From Opitutia bacterium (GTDB taxonomy: Bacteria > Verrucomicrobiota > Verrucomicrobiia > Opitutales > T3Sed10-336): DNA of 55,519 nt. Under the pieces are notes generated by a model. It made no database searches and was not told where the DNA came from. It was given only the letters and a program-made list of their open reading frames with translations. Of this stretch, positions 1 to 10,652 are shown in pieces (positions within the stretch are counted from its first letter, which is position 1; each line of letters opens with the position of its first letter). The stretch is from the NCBI GenBank assembly GCA_050506795.1, contig JBJHCF010000035.1, forward strand, positions 1 to 55,519, written 5' to 3'. A program made the translations under genes and the position numbers.

Positions 1-79
1 AAGCACTTCGACTCCGGCTAATGGCATCAAGCTTCCGGCGGGTCTCTTCGTCCAATTTAATTTCGGTTGCACGTCTCAT
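1..79 (-). CDS. IS630-family transposase N-terminus (partial, cut by window edge)
   Basis: ATG at 79 reads MRRATEIKLDEETRRKLDAISRSRSA, like the IxLxxEERxxLxxxxRSR start of IS630 transposases. Too short for the ORF track. Confidence 0.6.
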   Translation of the reverse strand, partial: MRRATEIKLDEETRRKLDAISRSRSA

Positions 80-136
80 AGGGAATATGAAACCAGAACG
101 GCCTATATGTTCCATTATTTATGGCGGTCTACACTA
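1..136 (-). mobile_element. Left end of a probable IS630-family insertion sequence, running off the window
   Basis: Minus strand starts TAGTGTAGACCGCCATAAATAATGGAAC at 136, resembling an IS630 TA-target end, and is followed by a transposase-like N-terminus. Confidence 0.6.
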
Positions 137-253
137 ATCATTAATGAAAGGTTTAGGAGATGAGAACCTTCAGCGCAGCTTGGGATTTCTTTTTCTCCGT
201 GGGGTACCGAAAAAATCCTTCATCCGCGCCTGCCGAGAGGGCGTGATTCCAGC

Positions 254-2116
254 ATGTCCAAAGAAAAGGTTCAGTTTAAATCGAATGTGGTCATTCGTTT
301 TGCCGGAGATTCCGGTGACGGCATCCAGTTGACCGGCACGCAGTTCACGACCTCCACCGCTCTGGCGGGAAACGATCTGGCGACTTACCCGGATTATCCG
401 GCGGAGATACGGGCTCCGGCGGGCACGATTGCCGGCGTTTCGGGATTTCAGCTCCACTTCGGGAGCGACGAGATTCACACTTCGGGCGACTTTTCCGATG
501 TGCTGGTGGTGATGAACGCGGCGGCGCTCAAGGCCAATATCAACCACCTGAAAAAGGGCGGAATCATCATCGCCAACGAGGACGGGTTCGACGAAAAGAA
601 TCTGCGGCTGGCCAAGTACATCGACGGGGTCAATCCACTGCAGGACGGCTCTCTGGAGGAATTTCAGGTGCACATCGTCCCGGTGACCAAACTGACCCGC
701 GAATGCCTCAAGGACACCGGTCTGGGCGTCAGGGAAATGGACCGTTCCAAGAACATGTTTATTCTGGGGCTGCTCTATTACATGTACAGCCGTTCGATGG
801 ATCCCACCATCAACTTTTTGCAGAGTAAGTTCGCCAAAAAGCCGGAGGTCGCGGAGGCCAATATCAAAGCACTGAAAGCCGGTTACGCCTTTGCCGACAC
901 CACGGAGATTCAGCACGGGCGTTTCGAAGTGAAGGCGGCTCCGATGGAGAAGGGAATCTACCGCAGCATTATGGGCAACCAGGCAACCGCGTTCGGATTG
1001 ATCGCAGCGGGTTCCCAGGCCGGTTTGCCCATTTATTACGCCACCTATCCCATCACCCCGGCTTCGGACATCCTCCACGAGTTGTCCCGGCACAAGAATT
1101 TCGGCGTGGTCACTTTGCAGGCCGAAGATGAAATATCGGCGGTCTGCTCGGCTATCGGGGCCTCTTACGGCGGCAGCCTGGGCGTGACCGCATCTTCCGG
1201 ACCGGGGATTTCGCTGAAAACAGAAGCGATTTCGCTGGCGACCATTTACGAAATCCCCCTGGTGATCTGCGATATTCAACGAGCCGGACCTTCCACCGGA
1301 CTGCCGACCAAGATGGAGCAGGCCGACCTCATGCAGGCGATTTATGGTCGGTCGGGCGAAGCCCCGTTGCCGGTGGTGGCGGCCAACAGTCCGGCCGACT
1401 GCTTTGAAGCCGTTTTCGAAGCCTGCCGCCTGGCGTTGGAGTTTATGACGCCGGTGTTCTTTTTGAGCGACGGGTACCTTGCCAACGGCGCCGAGCCCTG
1501 GCGCTTTCCCAGTAAAGCCGATCTTGCCGGCATCAACGTTTCCTTCGCCGGAACGAAGGACCGTGAGAACGGTGTGTTCCTGCCGTACAAGCGGGACGAG
1601 CGCTTGGTCCGCAAGTGGGCCACTCCCGGCACGCCGGGCCTGGAGCATCGCATCGGCGGACTGGAGAAAGAGGACCTCACCGGGAACATATCCTCGGATC
1701 CGGAGAATCACGAGAAGATGGTCAAAATCCGTCAGGCCAAGATCGACGGCATTGCCGATCATATTCCCGAACAGGCCCTCGACTCCGGGCCGGAGGAAGG
1801 AAAGATCCTGGTGATCGGCTGGGGATCGACCTACGGCACCATCAAGGCGGCGCTCCGGCAACTCCGTGACGAAGGGATCGAAGTGGCCCATGCCCACCTC
1901 CGCTACCTGAATCCTTTTCCCCGCAATCTGGGTGATCTGCTTGGTCGGTACGAAAAGATTCTGGTTCCGGAAGTGAATAATGGCCAGTTGGTGCGCCTGC
2001 TGCGGGATAAGTACCTCGTGCCAGCCGTCCCGTACAACAAGATCAAGGGCCAGCCGTTCGCCGTGGCCGAAATCAAGAATAAGGTTTGGGAGATCCTCAA
2101 CGCCGCGGAAAAGTAA
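254..2116 (+). CDS. korA: 2-oxoacid:ferredoxin oxidoreductase alpha subunit (gamma-alpha fusion)
   Basis: Motifs IRFAGDSGDGIQLTG, YPITPASDILHEL, QAEDEI, QRAGPSTGLPTK; 620 aa. Confidence 0.95.
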   Translation: MSKEKVQFKSNVVIRFAGDSGDGIQLTGTQFTTSTALAGNDLATYPDYPAEIRAPAGTIAGVSGFQLHFGSDEIHTSGDFSDVLVVMNAAALKANINHLKKGGIIIANEDGFDEKNLRLAKYIDGVNPLQDGSLEEFQVHIVPVTKLTRECLKDTGLGVREMDRSKNMFILGLLYYMYSRSMDPTINFLQSKFAKKPEVAEANIKALKAGYAFADTTEIQHGRFEVKAAPMEKGIYRSIMGNQATAFGLIAAGSQAGLPIYYATYPITPASDILHELSRHKNFGVVTLQAEDEISAVCSAIGASYGGSLGVTASSGPGISLKTEAISLATIYEIPLVICDIQRAGPSTGLPTKMEQADLMQAIYGRSGEAPLPVVAANSPADCFEAVFEACRLALEFMTPVFFLSDGYLANGAEPWRFPSKADLAGINVSFAGTKDRENGVFLPYKRDERLVRKWATPGTPGLEHRIGGLEKEDLTGNISSDPENHEKMVKIRQAKIDGIADHIPEQALDSGPEEGKILVIGWGSTYGTIKAALRQLRDEGIEVAHAHLRYLNPFPRNLGDLLGRYEKILVPEVNNGQLVRLLRDKYLVPAVPYNKIKGQPFAVAEIKNKVWEILNAAEK

Positions 2117-2134
2117 GCGTCACCTTTCATTATC

Positions 2135-3184
2135 ATGTCATCGACACAGACTCCGGAAAAAACCTCCAACTTCACCAGCAAGGACCTGGTTTCGGACCAG
2201 GATATCCGTTGGTGCCCCGGCTGCGGGGACTACTCGATTCTCAAGCAGGTGCAGAAGGTTCTGCCCGAACTTGGCCTGCAAAAGGAGAACATTGTTTTTG
2301 TCTCGGGCATCGGGTGTTCATCCCGTTTTCCCTATTATATGAACACCTATGGGATGCATTCCATCCACGGGCGCGCGGCCTCGATCGCCACCGGCCTGAA
2401 GGTGAGCCGGCCCGAGTTGAGCGTCTGGGTGGTGACGGGTGACGGCGATTCCCTCTCCATTGGAGGGAATCATTTTATTCACACTCTCCGCAAGAATCCG
2501 GATCTCAATATCCTTCTTTTCAACAACGAGATTTACGGTTTGACCAAGGGGCAGTTCTCTCCGACCTCCCCGGCGGGCAAGGTGACCAAGTCCAGCCCCA
2601 TGGGGTCGGTCGAGCATCCGTTTAATCCTGTCGCATTGGCACTCGGGGCGGCCGCCACCTTTGTGGCCCGTTCCATGGACCGCGACCCCAAGCATTTGCA
2701 GACCATGATCCGGCGTTCGGCCGAGCATACGGGAACATCCCTCCTGGAGGTGTATCAGAACTGCAACGTGTTCAACGACGGAGCGTTTCACGCCTTCACC
2801 GACCGTGCCACCAAAAACGATCACGCGCTGTTCCTCGAGCACGGCCAACCGCTGTTGTTTGGTGAAGGCAATCGCAAGGGAATTCGTCTTCAGGATGGCT
2901 GTCACCCGCGCATCGTCGATATGGAGAACGAGAGCCTGTCGGCAGACGATCTATGGATCCACGATGAAAATGATTCCCTCAAGGCGGGACTGCTGGCCCG
3001 TCTATCCGAAAACGAACCCGGTGAAAACGGGGTTTTCCCCAAGGCCTTCGGCGTTTTTTACGCCACCGAACGTCCCTGTATGGAGACCGCGGTGCAGGCT
3101 CAGATTGAAAGCGCGCGCGAACGGATGGGGGTCGGCGATCTCGATGCCCTGATCCGGGGCGATCATATCTGGGAGATCAAATAA
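2135..3184 (+). CDS. korB: 2-oxoacid:ferredoxin oxidoreductase beta subunit
   Basis: WCPGCGD, SGIGCSSR, HSIHGRA and TPP motif GDGD...NNEIYGLTKGQ. Confidence 0.95.
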   Translation: MSSTQTPEKTSNFTSKDLVSDQDIRWCPGCGDYSILKQVQKVLPELGLQKENIVFVSGIGCSSRFPYYMNTYGMHSIHGRAASIATGLKVSRPELSVWVVTGDGDSLSIGGNHFIHTLRKNPDLNILLFNNEIYGLTKGQFSPTSPAGKVTKSSPMGSVEHPFNPVALALGAAATFVARSMDRDPKHLQTMIRRSAEHTGTSLLEVYQNCNVFNDGAFHAFTDRATKNDHALFLEHGQPLLFGEGNRKGIRLQDGCHPRIVDMENESLSADDLWIHDENDSLKAGLLARLSENEPGENGVFPKAFGVFYATERPCMETAVQAQIESARERMGVGDLDALIRGDHIWEIK

Positions 3185-4570
3185 TTGCGGAGAACGTTAC
3201 TGGTTAATGGTGAACCGATAACCGTTAACGAAAAAGCGATAAAGCAGAATCCTCCAGTCAAACGGGCTTCGATCCACACGCTGGGTTGCCGGCTGAACCA
3301 GTCGGAGAGCTTGCTGCTTCGCGATAAGTTGGAGGCGCGGGGATACCGTGTGGTGCCTTTCGGCGAGGAGGCCGATCTGGGAATCGTCAACACCTGCACC
3401 GTCACCAACCTGGCCGACGCCAAGTGTCGTAACGTCATACGGTCATTCATACGCAAAAACCCCCGCGCCTTTACTGCGGTTATCGGATGTTATTCCCAGA
3501 TGGGGCACAAGGCGATCGCGGAAATTCCCGGGGTGGACCTGATTGTGGGCAACCAGGAAAAGCTTTCGGTACTGGATTACATTGAGCTCGGGAAAAACGA
3601 GGTTCCCTTGATCGTGCGCGACCGCATCGACAAAACCGATTTCTCCATTAACTTTGCCGGCGATTGGCCTTTCAACAAGCGCGCCAACCTCAAGGTTCAG
3701 GACGGGTGCGATTTTATGTGTTCCTTCTGCATTATCCCCTTCGCCCGCGGCCGCGCGCGGGCTCGGGATTTTGATAACCTGATGGACGAAGCGCGCGCCC
3801 TGGCGGAGCGCGGAGTGCGCGAACTGGTTTTGACCGGGGTCAATATCGGCACTTACTTTCATGCGGGACGCGGAATCCTGGAAATGGTGGACGCGCTCAA
3901 CGCGGTTCCCGGCATCGACCGGATTCGTATCAGCAGCATCGAACCGACCACCATTCCGGAGGAGCTGTTTGTTCGTATGCGGGACCCGTCGCACGCGCTG
4001 CTTCCTTTTCTCCACATTCCCCTGCAGTCGGGGGTGGACCGCATTCTGCGCGCGATGCGGCGCAAGTATTCAGTGGCTGAATACCTTGAATTTATCCATC
4101 GGGCGAATGACGCCGTGCCGGACCTGTGTATCGGCACCGACATCATGGTGGGTTTTCCGGGGGAAACGATCGAGGAGTTCGATGAGACCTGCAGCGTGCT
4201 CAGGGAGAATCCGTTCGCCTATTGCCACGTCTTCACCTTCTCTGAGCGCGAAGGCACGCCCGCGGAGCGTATGGACGGTCAAGTCCCGGTTCCGGAGCGC
4301 GCCCGCCGGAGTGCGGAGTTGCGACGTCTGAGCGCCGAGCGGCGGCGGGAGTTCCATGCGAGCCGGCTCGGGAAAAGGGTCCGGGTATTGTTCGAAGACC
4401 CCAAACCCGAACTCTGGACCGGATACACGGACAACTACATCCGAGTCGTGGTTTCGGCCGGCGATGTGCCCGACGAGTGGGGCGACCTGAGCAATCGGGT
4501 GGGCCGCGTGCGGCTCGAACGCCTGAGCGCCGACTTCGTCGAAGGCCGTCTGGAAGAGATGGAGGAGTGA
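3185..4570 (+). CDS. mtaB: tRNA t6A37 methylthiotransferase MtaB (radical SAM); start uncertain
   Basis: TLGCRLNQSES, NTCTVT, KVQDGCDFMCSFCIIPFARG (CxxxCxxC), RIRISSIEP, GYTDNYIRV. Confidence 0.9.
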   Translation: MRRTLLVNGEPITVNEKAIKQNPPVKRASIHTLGCRLNQSESLLLRDKLEARGYRVVPFGEEADLGIVNTCTVTNLADAKCRNVIRSFIRKNPRAFTAVIGCYSQMGHKAIAEIPGVDLIVGNQEKLSVLDYIELGKNEVPLIVRDRIDKTDFSINFAGDWPFNKRANLKVQDGCDFMCSFCIIPFARGRARARDFDNLMDEARALAERGVRELVLTGVNIGTYFHAGRGILEMVDALNAVPGIDRIRISSIEPTTIPEELFVRMRDPSHALLPFLHIPLQSGVDRILRAMRRKYSVAEYLEFIHRANDAVPDLCIGTDIMVGFPGETIEEFDETCSVLRENPFAYCHVFTFSEREGTPAERMDGQVPVPERARRSAELRRLSAERRREFHASRLGKRVRVLFEDPKPELWTGYTDNYIRVVVSAGDVPDEWGDLSNRVGRVRLERLSADFVEGRLEEMEE

Positions 4571-4711
4571 AGGGGCTTTTTGACCCTCAGGTAATAGGAC
4601 TTTTTGCAGTGCTTAAGGTTTTTCAACGTTTCGATCGCTAAAATGCGGGGCGGTCGGCAGGGACGTAATGTGGGGTTTCCTGACGAATTATTGCCGGTAG
4701 ATGTGGGTTGA

Positions 4712-5950
<1,239 letters not shown>

Positions 5951-6080
5951 GGCGGTGGTGACCGATGCGGATTACCAGCCGAAACAGGTTTTTCGCGCTG
6001 TGGTCGATGGGGCCCGTGAGCAAGAGTGATTGCGGTTATTCGGTTTACGAATTCGGTAGCGTCAAACAAGAAAGGACTAC

Positions 6081-7367
6081 GTGATGAGAGTTTCGGTAAG
6101 TATACTGGTTTGCATTATGGGATATTTTTCAGCTGCTGTGAATGCCGACGAGGCTGACGGCCGTCGGGGCGAGATGGTCCCCTGGGAGAATGGCGCCTGG
6201 GAAACCGGCGAATATCGAAACCTGCTCTATGAGGCCGGCTACGATCGGGAAGAGATCGATGCCAAACTGGCCCAGGCGTATTACGACCTTTTTGAAGGCC
6301 CGAACCGGGTGTACTTCGAAGTGGGCGACGACATGGCTTATGTGTCGGACATCAAGAACCGCGACGCCCGCACCGAGGGTTTGTCCTACGGGATGATGGT
6401 GGCGGTGCAGTTGGACGAGAAAGAGGTATTCGACCGTCTGTGGCGCTGGACCGTCGAATACATGCAGCACCAGGAGGGGCCGCGCGAGGGCTATTTCGCC
6501 TGGTCGGTTAATCCCGAGACCGGTGAGAAGAATTCGCTGGGGTCGGCTTCGGACGGCGAACTGTTTTTCATCACCGCTTTGTTGTTTGCGTCCAATCGTT
6601 GGGGCAACGACACCGGTATTGATTATTATGGCGAAGCCCGTCGGATTCTGGATGCCATGTGGAGCAAGGATGGAACCGACGGGGTGCACAATATTATCAA
6701 TGTTGAGCACAAGATGATCACGTTTGTTCCGGAAGGCCGAGGGTACGATTGGACGGATCCTTCCTACCACGTGCCGGCGTTCTTCGAAATCTGGGCCGAA
6801 TACGCGAATGACGGACGCGAAGACTTCTATCGCGAATGTGCCGATGTGGCCCGCCAGTACCTGCATAAAGCCTGCCATCCGGAGACCGGCCTGACCCCGG
6901 ATTATGCCCATTACGACGGTTCACCCCTGCCGGGACGCATGAGTGATTTCGGCTTTGATTCGTGGCGGGTGCCAATGAACATCGCCATGGATTATTCCTG
7001 GTTCGCCAAGGACACGGAGTGGCAGATCGACTATGCCAACAGGCTTCACGACTTTCTGTACTCGCAAGGGGTCAACTCCTTTCTGGATCAGTACAGCATC
7101 GACGGTTCTCCTCGCGAAAGAATTATGACCGCGCCCGGATACACCAGCGCGCGGCATTCCCTGGGGTTCGTCAGCACCGCCGCTACGGCCGCGATTATGA
7201 GCACCCAGGAGAAAGGGTGGGAATTTATCGACGGCCTGTGGAATGCCAAACTGGAGCCGTATGAAGACGGCTACTTCGATCCGTATTACGACGGATTTTT
7301 ATACTTGTTCAGCTTGATGCACCTCAGCGGTAATTACCGGATCATTACGCCGGCCGACAGTGATTGA
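6081..7367 (+). CDS. Glycoside hydrolase family 8 (xylanase / reducing-end exo-oligoxylanase-like)
   Basis: RTEGLSYGMM, SASDGE, TDPSYH, FDSWRV, YYDGFLY motifs; N-terminal signal peptide. Confidence 0.9.
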   Translation: MMRVSVSILVCIMGYFSAAVNADEADGRRGEMVPWENGAWETGEYRNLLYEAGYDREEIDAKLAQAYYDLFEGPNRVYFEVGDDMAYVSDIKNRDARTEGLSYGMMVAVQLDEKEVFDRLWRWTVEYMQHQEGPREGYFAWSVNPETGEKNSLGSASDGELFFITALLFASNRWGNDTGIDYYGEARRILDAMWSKDGTDGVHNIINVEHKMITFVPEGRGYDWTDPSYHVPAFFEIWAEYANDGREDFYRECADVARQYLHKACHPETGLTPDYAHYDGSPLPGRMSDFGFDSWRVPMNIAMDYSWFAKDTEWQIDYANRLHDFLYSQGVNSFLDQYSIDGSPRERIMTAPGYTSARHSLGFVSTAATAAIMSTQEKGWEFIDGLWNAKLEPYEDGYFDPYYDGFLYLFSLMHLSGNYRIITPADSD

Positions 7368-7370
7368 GCG

Positions 7371-8756
7371 CTAATCTTTCCTGTGGAATTGCCACCAGTC
7401 GAAATTGAAGAGGGTGTCTTCGGTTCCTCTGAAGACGAAGGTGATGTCGTTCACTCCGTTCACTTCCTCCACGTCGCACGATTTAACCGACCAGTCCAGC
7501 CACCCTCCGGTGTTCTCCACTTCGCAAACGCCCAACAAAGGGCCGTCGACTCCGCTGAGGCGCACCTCGATCCTGGAGCCCGACGTGTTTGAGGCGACAC
7601 TCGCTTCGAAACTTGCGGGCCCGTCGCCGAAATCGACGGAGCGGACTTTGATGTAGTCGCCGTCGCTGATATTGGTCACGTACACGCCGATCTCGTCGTC
7701 GGTATCGACACTGACCCTGCGGGACCAGGCGATGGTTTCCGCTTCGACCCGAGAGTAGGGGTCGAGATAGCCGACCGGCTCCGTGATTCCCTCGCGGGTG
7801 GGAATAATCTCCGGAATGGTTCCATCCGGATTGTACTCAAACTGCTCGACGCAGACCGAACGATTGAATCCGCCGCCACCGGGAAGTCCTTGGTTGTGGT
7901 AGAACAAATAGGAATTCCCTTTGTAATCAATAACTCCCGGATGGTTGGTGAAGGCGAGGTTGGGGTGCCTGTCCATGATGAGTCCCTGATAGGTCCACGG
8001 CCCGGTCGCGGTTGGCGCGGTGGAGTAGGCGATCACTTCGGGGATTCCTCCGGCGGCGAAAACCATGTAGTAGATGTCGCCTCGCTTGTAAAGCCACGGG
8101 GCTTCCTCGTAATTGGAGCTGTGTCGTTCATCCGGATTGTCCCGAGGCCCGAAGGCCTCCGGAGTCATTTCGACCGTAACGATGCCGTTGTTGCCGATGC
8201 TCCGGTCGTAGGAAATCATGTCCTCGTTCAGCTTCACATAGTACAGGTCGGGGTTTCCCCAGTACAGGTAGGCCTGACCATCGTCGTCGATAAAAACGGT
8301 GGGATCGATATCATTCCAGATGTGGTTGCTTTCGATCAACCTCCGGCCGAGCGGGTCGGAGAAAGGACCGTAGGGGTTGTCCGCGACCAACACCCCGATG
8401 CCGCCGCCGTGGATGGGACAGTAGAAATAAAACTTTCCGTCCCTTTCGATTGCTTGCGGCGCCCAGGCCCCGTTGTCGCGTCCCGACCACGGAAAATCCT
8501 CCAGCGATGCGACGCTGCCGTGGGCCGTCCAGTTCACCATGTCCGTGGTCGAGAACAACTGCCAATCGTGCATGGTGAAGAAGTTGGACGTCGTGTGCTC
8601 GTCATGGGTCGTGTAGAGATAAACCCGGTCATTGTACACCATGGGGGCGGGGTCCGCCGTGTACTTCGTCTGCACGATGGGATTCTGACCGTATCCCAGG
8701 GATAGACCGCAAGTGAGGGAACAGAGGGCTGCGATTGGTTTTATTAGCGATTTCAT
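7371..8756 (-). CDS. GH43 xylosidase/arabinofuranosidase with C-terminal CBM6
   Basis: Start reassigned to ATG 8756 (MKSLIKP, signal peptide). TADPAP, AWAPQ, IDPTVFIDDDGQAYLYWG, EAPW; CBM6-like RVEAET...VDFG...TGGW...FNFDWW. Confidence 0.9.
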   Translation of the reverse strand: MKSLIKPIAALCSLTCGLSLGYGQNPIVQTKYTADPAPMVYNDRVYLYTTHDEHTTSNFFTMHDWQLFSTTDMVNWTAHGSVASLEDFPWSGRDNGAWAPQAIERDGKFYFYCPIHGGGIGVLVADNPYGPFSDPLGRRLIESNHIWNDIDPTVFIDDDGQAYLYWGNPDLYYVKLNEDMISYDRSIGNNGIVTVEMTPEAFGPRDNPDERHSSNYEEAPWLYKRGDIYYMVFAAGGIPEVIAYSTAPTATGPWTYQGLIMDRHPNLAFTNHPGVIDYKGNSYLFYHNQGLPGGGGFNRSVCVEQFEYNPDGTIPEIIPTREGITEPVGYLDPYSRVEAETIAWSRRVSVDTDDEIGVYVTNISDGDYIKVRSVDFGDGPASFEASVASNTSGSRIEVRLSGVDGPLLGVCEVENTGGWLDWSVKSCDVEEVNGVNDITFVFRGTEDTLFNFDWWQFHRKD

Positions 8757-9155
8757 GAATGCGTTATAAAAGGTTTGGTTCACAGGAGCGCGATGCCATG
8801 AAAGTGAGGAGGACGGGGACGTCCGTTTCCGAGTGCCTGGGAAACCGAAATGACCATTTTGATGAGGATGAACACCCTTCGACCCGAGCACGACCAAATG
8901 AGGTATGCGGTTTTTGTCCAGTCCGTTGCATTTGTTGGCATCGGTTGTTTCGCACGAATCCCTGTCTCCTTCATCGGATATTCCTCAGGGACCCAGCTAT
9001 TGTTTGTTGTTTCGAGATTGCCTTTTGGCGTCTTGGTTTTTCAATGTGGATTGAGTCAACGATTATGACTGAAACCGGCGGCGACCGAAGATTGTTGGCG
9101 CGCTTATTAATAAGGACCACGCCGGGTTCCCCCGACGCCGAAGAAAACTGAAAGC

Positions 9156-10481
9156 ATGGAGATGAGCATGAACGAAAAGATCAAAAGTTCCGTATCCAGT
9201 CTGAACCGGGCCTATTCGCGCCGGGATTTCATCAAGACCTCCACTGCGGCCGGCATTCTGGCGGCGGCCCATGCGATACCGGCCTATGCGGCCGGCAGCG
9301 ACGATACGCTGAAGATCGGGATCGTCGGTTGCGGGGATCGCGGCACCGGGGCATTGAGGAATGCTTTTGATTGTGCCGAAGGGAGCCGGGTTCGGCTGGT
9401 GGCGATGGCGGACGTTTTTCAGGACAAAATCGACCGCTGCCTGGGGGGCGTGAGGAACTCCCACCCGGGCAACGTCGCGGTTCCCGACGAGCAGATCTTC
9501 GTCGGGTTCGATGCGTGCAAGCGCCTGCTCGAAACCGATATCGACATCGTGTTTCTGACCACCCCGACCCATTTTCGTCCGATGGAGCTGCGCGCGGCAA
9601 TCGAGGCGGGTAAACACGTTTTCGCCGAAAAGCCGTTTGGCGTCGATCCGGTCAACACCCGCACGATCTTCGAAACCGCCGATCTCGCGGATGAGAAAGG
9701 GTTGTCGATTGTTGTCGGCACCCAGCAACGGTATCAGCCGCATTACCAGGAGATCATCGAGCATATTCGCGACGGCCGGATCGGTGACGTTGTCGGAGCG
9801 CAGGTCTATTGGCTTTGGGGATTTCAGGATTGGCATCTTAATCCGCGCCGGCCGGAGTGGTCGGACATGGAGTGGCAGCTGCGCAATTGGCCCTACTTCG
9901 TTTGGCTGTCGGGAGACCACGTGGTCGAGCAGCATTTTCACAATGTTGATGTCATGAACTGGGCCATGGGGGGGCCGCCGACTCAGGCCATCGGAATGGG
10001 CGGCCGCCAGGCGCGAACGGAAGAAAAGTACGGAAACATCTGGGACCACTTCGCGGTTGAGTTCGAGTATCCGGGTGGAGTGCGAACCCTGGGCATGGCC
10101 AGCCAAATCAACGGCACGACCTCACGGGTCGGCGAACGCATCGTCGGCACCAAGGGTACCACCTGGACGACCCGGGACGAGGGCCGGATCCAGGGTGAAA
10201 ATCCCTGGCAATACGAGAGGCGCGTGGTCAGCGGCATGGAGGAAGAACATGCAAAACTGATTCGCAGCATCCTTGACGGTGAACCCATCAATGAGGCGAG
10301 GCGGGCCGCCGAGACCAATATGACCGTGCTTATGGCCCGGATGAGCGCCTACACCGGACGCGCTATCTCCTACAATTGGGTGCGGAATGCCTCGCGGCTC
10401 GACATGTCGCTGGATCGCTACGAATTGGGCGACATGCCGGTGCATCCGGTCGCGATTCCCGGTCAGGTGGAAATGATCTGA
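9156..10481 (+). CDS. Tat-exported Gfo/Idh/MocA family oxidoreductase
   Basis: SRRDFIK twin-arginine motif; GIVGCGDRG Rossmann motif; GKHVFAEKP; EQHFHNVD. Confidence 0.9.
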   Translation: MEMSMNEKIKSSVSSLNRAYSRRDFIKTSTAAGILAAAHAIPAYAAGSDDTLKIGIVGCGDRGTGALRNAFDCAEGSRVRLVAMADVFQDKIDRCLGGVRNSHPGNVAVPDEQIFVGFDACKRLLETDIDIVFLTTPTHFRPMELRAAIEAGKHVFAEKPFGVDPVNTRTIFETADLADEKGLSIVVGTQQRYQPHYQEIIEHIRDGRIGDVVGAQVYWLWGFQDWHLNPRRPEWSDMEWQLRNWPYFVWLSGDHVVEQHFHNVDVMNWAMGGPPTQAIGMGGRQARTEEKYGNIWDHFAVEFEYPGGVRTLGMASQINGTTSRVGERIVGTKGTTWTTRDEGRIQGENPWQYERRVVSGMEEEHAKLIRSILDGEPINEARRAAETNMTVLMARMSAYTGRAISYNWVRNASRLDMSLDRYELGDMPVHPVAIPGQVEMI

Positions 10482-10595
10482 GCGGGATTATTCGCGTGAA
10501 TAATTCAGGCTGAGTGCCGCAACATTATTAAGCGATTGCGCCCGACCGGCTCCGACCTGATTCGGGGCGGGCGGCGGGCGCACCGCTTCCGCCTG

Positions 10596-10619
10596 GGAGT
10601 GCGGGCCTCGGTGCCCGCA
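10596..10619 (+). repeat. REP-like short palindrome
   Basis: GGAG-TGCGGGC-CTCGGT-GCCCGCA, a 7-bp stem between convergent genes; similar stem GCGGGCATCCTGCCCGC at 42695 and 45210. Confidence 0.45.
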
Positions 10620-10652
10620 ACAATGGACCCGGAACACCGGGTCTCATTCCGC

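Noticed and set aside
170..1897. Long antisense ORFs (e.g. 170-1897, 30981-32870, 46972-49389, 15445-16953)
   Set aside because: They are shadows of well-identified genes on the opposite strand in GC-rich DNA and carry no recognisable motifs.
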